A stretch of 64,000 bases of DNA from positions 27,769,699 to 27,833,698 of the forward strand of contig JARDVH010000146.1 of the NCBI GenBank assembly GCA_030324005.1, read 5' to 3'. This document shows, one piece after another, positions 61,527 through 64,000 of the stretch. Each line of letters opens with the position of its first letter. Position 1 is the first letter of the stretch. The notes below the pieces were generated by a model, which was given only the letters and a program-made list of their open reading frames with translations, was not told the DNA's origin and searched no databases. A program made the position numbers and the translations under genes. Source of the stretch: Negaprion brevirostris (taxonomy: Eukaryota).

Positions 61527-62974
61527 GGTTAAGGGTGGAAGGATTGAGAGGTCTGTGAGGGAGGGAAAATGTGACATCCATTTCTATCTGACATCGGGAG
61601 GATTTTCACAATTGCACAAGGAGAGAGGAAACCAAGCGGGCCTGGCACTGAGACCTGAGCAGCACCATCTTACTAAATGAAGCGACTGAGCAGCAAACAA
61701 TGTAAGTGAGGATGAACTCAGCCCGTGAGTTCTCTGAGAATCATTGATGCATTGCAGTGGAGTCGGGGGAGGGGTGTTGGAGCAATGAGTCAATGGGTGG
61801 CCAACAGGTCTGAGTATTCTTAGGTGAGATGCAGAGCTGAGACAGGTTATAATGCCTTATTCACAATGTGGGACATCAGGAAAGATACCAGTGAAGGGCA
61901 TTCGGATGAGATTAATACCGATGGCATTAATCAACAACCTTGTATTAACTCCTTGGTCACAACTTCAAAGTTGCCCAGAGCAAGGATAAGTAATTGGACA
62001 GCCTGACCTCCCTCACACACTGCTCACAGCCATTCCACCTGCAGGTTCAGACAAGACAAGCCTCAGCCTCTTTCACCACCCCCCCATTGCTTCCCCACCC
62101 TCCCCACCTCACCCCACCATTCACAGTGGATATTCGGAACCCATACAGTACTGACCACAGGCAGTGCTGCTTTACAAGTCCTGAAGCTGTAGCACTGCCT
62201 GTGGTCACGCCCGATTTTATGACATTTTCCCGCTGCGAAATGAGTACGCTGAGGTTGTACAATTCTGCCCAATGTTTCAAGTCCGCATGAGCAAGGTGTT
62301 AGTAAATCCAATTTCACACCTATTGATTCCCTGTATATCGTCTCGGTGATCTTTTTTCAAACATGATGCTTCTTTCCAACTGGTTCCCGGATCATTGTGC
62401 GGTCAATGCAGCCTTCTGAAGAAACTTCAGAAAGTTTCCAGCCCATCCCCCACCTGCAACAGTGCTTTTTGCTGCCTGCACTAGGACCCAGAGTCATGCT
62501 GACACGCGAGGTCAGCAGTCTGACCCCTCTCCATGCTAAGAGTCTGAGGTTGCACCCCATGAGCAACAGCTGATCCTCACCCCCGACACACTTGCAGGCT
62601 CCCCCCACCACCCCCCACCCCACCCCCACCCGCCCCTGGCTGACTTGAAACTCAACATGGCCACCATGAAATAAAATAACCCCTTCTGAGCAGCACGGAG
62701 CAGTTTGCATACAAAGACTTCACAAGCCCTCACTCATCCANNNNNNNNNNNNNNNNNNNNNNNNNNNNNNNNNNNNNNNNNNNNNNNNNNNNNNNNNNNN
62801 NNNNNNNNNNNNNNNNNNNNNNNNNNNNNNNNNNNNNNNNGCTGCGCTGACTGCTTTCCGTATCATTACATCCAGGCAGAACAGATGGGAAAGACAATAA
62901 AAGCCATGCCAGGCTCACCAAAGAGAGACCCTCTCCACGAGTCAATGAGACTCCCAGGAGTGTAATGTGTGACT

Positions 62975-63225
62975 GCCTTGCTAGACCCAGAGTGCACAGA
63001 CTGTGTATATCCTTCCTGCGATACATGAGGAACAATGTCGCCGACACATTTGCATACCCGGGGATCTAGTTGGTCACATATGTCACATTCCACAGGACTT
63101 TGTGCCATGGGGAATGGGAGGGCATTTATTGCCAGAGACTCTGAAAGTAACCAACACTCTCAACCTCTATGCCAATGACTCTTTCCAAGGCTCAGCTGGG
63201 GGCCTCAGGGGATCTCACAACCTTT
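62975..63225 (+). pseudogene. PIF/Harbinger transposase (HARBI1-like) N-terminal relic
   Basis: LARPRVHR..SFL..EEQCRRH..LVGHICH..GGHLLPETLKVTNTLNLYANDSFQGSAG..GISQ. Confidence 0.8.
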
Positions 63226-63239
63226 CACACTTAAGCATA

Positions 63240-63410
63240 ATGTCGAGGATGAAAGCAAGCAAGCCAGAATTGTTGTATGAGGAGAGATTGTGTCAACAAG
63301 AGCTTATATTCACTGGAGTTTAGAAGAATGAGGGTGGATCTTGTTGAAAGGTATAAAGTTCTGATAGAGTTGAACAGACTGGATGCAGGGATGATGTTCC
63401 TTGGGGATCC
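63240..63410 (+). mobile_element. CR1 C-terminal fragment
   Basis: LLYEERL..LYSLEFRRMRVDLVERYKVL..LNRLDAGMMF. Confidence 0.8.
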
Positions 63411-63544
63411 TGAATAAGTCTCAGGTAGACCATATTAGGCCTGAGAGGAGGAAATATCTCCTCACTCGCTGTGTTACCTTGAGGATCACTCTGAAAGGCA
63501 CAATGTGGACCACGGCTGCCAAGGAAGGAATGTAGAAATCCATT

Positions 63545-63710
63545 TCTCATGACTCTGCACTGACTGCCATTACCACCACCTCCCAAGTTGGAGTGGTGAG
63601 GTTTGTGGACTTGCAGCAAGAGAGGTGGTAGAGGGCATCACAGCGGACCCCATCTCAGTCCAGCAGATGGGTCCAGGAAGGTATTGCTGAACTTCAAGGT
63701 AGCAACCTTT
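63545..63710 (-). pseudogene. Harbinger Myb/SANT-like gene N-terminal relic
   Basis: Minus strand ATLKFSNTFLD..LLD..RCDALY..NLTTPTWEVVVMAVSA. Confidence 0.65.
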
Positions 63711-63895
63711 TTGAGTTTAGGGGTCATTGCTGTACATCAGTCCTGGGCTATATAAAGTCATATAAGTGTGCGTGGGTGCACAGTTTCAAAATGGTGCCCA
63801 GAGTGAAGCAGCAGTGATGTCATGGCAGGACAGGTGAATCGGAGGCTGCCTCCACCAGCATTCCAGAATATTTCCCATGGATGAATATTTAATGA

Positions 63896-64000
63896 GGTGG
63901 CAAGGTAGCACAGTGGTCAGTACTGCTACCTCACAGCGCCAGGGACTTGGGTTCAATTCCCAGCTTGGGTGACTGTCTGTGCGTGTTCTCCCCATGTCTG
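63896..64000 (+). mobile_element. V-SINE head (runs off the window)
   Basis: GTAGCACAGTGGTCAGTACTGCTACCTCACAGCGCCAGGGAC..GGTTCAATTCC. Confidence 0.88.

Overview
This is repeat-dominated eukaryotic DNA from a gapped draft assembly, almost certainly a cartilaginous fish (shark). About 30 HE1/V-SINE-type tRNA-derived SINE copies are present, along with CR1 (HER1-like), Rex1/Babar and L2 LINE fragments, Deu-domain (SacSINE1/AmnSINE1-like) SINE relics, Penelope-like ends, a decayed Gypsy pol, and many PIF/Harbinger relics (transposase, Myb/SANT partner genes, MITEs). No intact host protein-coding gene could be identified; the window reads as a large intron or intergenic tract, with one candidate exon at 2699-2819. 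The most notable items are: (1) a tRNA-Pro(AGG)-like gene with a 13-nt intron-like insert, an isotype that normally lacks introns in vertebrates, whose terminator directly abuts a SINE head; (2) two V-SINE subfamilies with different 3' tails, one matching local CR1 ends and one matching local Rex1/Babar ends; (3) several spliced Harbinger Myb/SANT gene relics. Family names come from recall of consensus sequences, not from database searches. Repeat boundaries are approximate (about +/-10-20 bp). I cannot claim a new biological system from the sequence alone.
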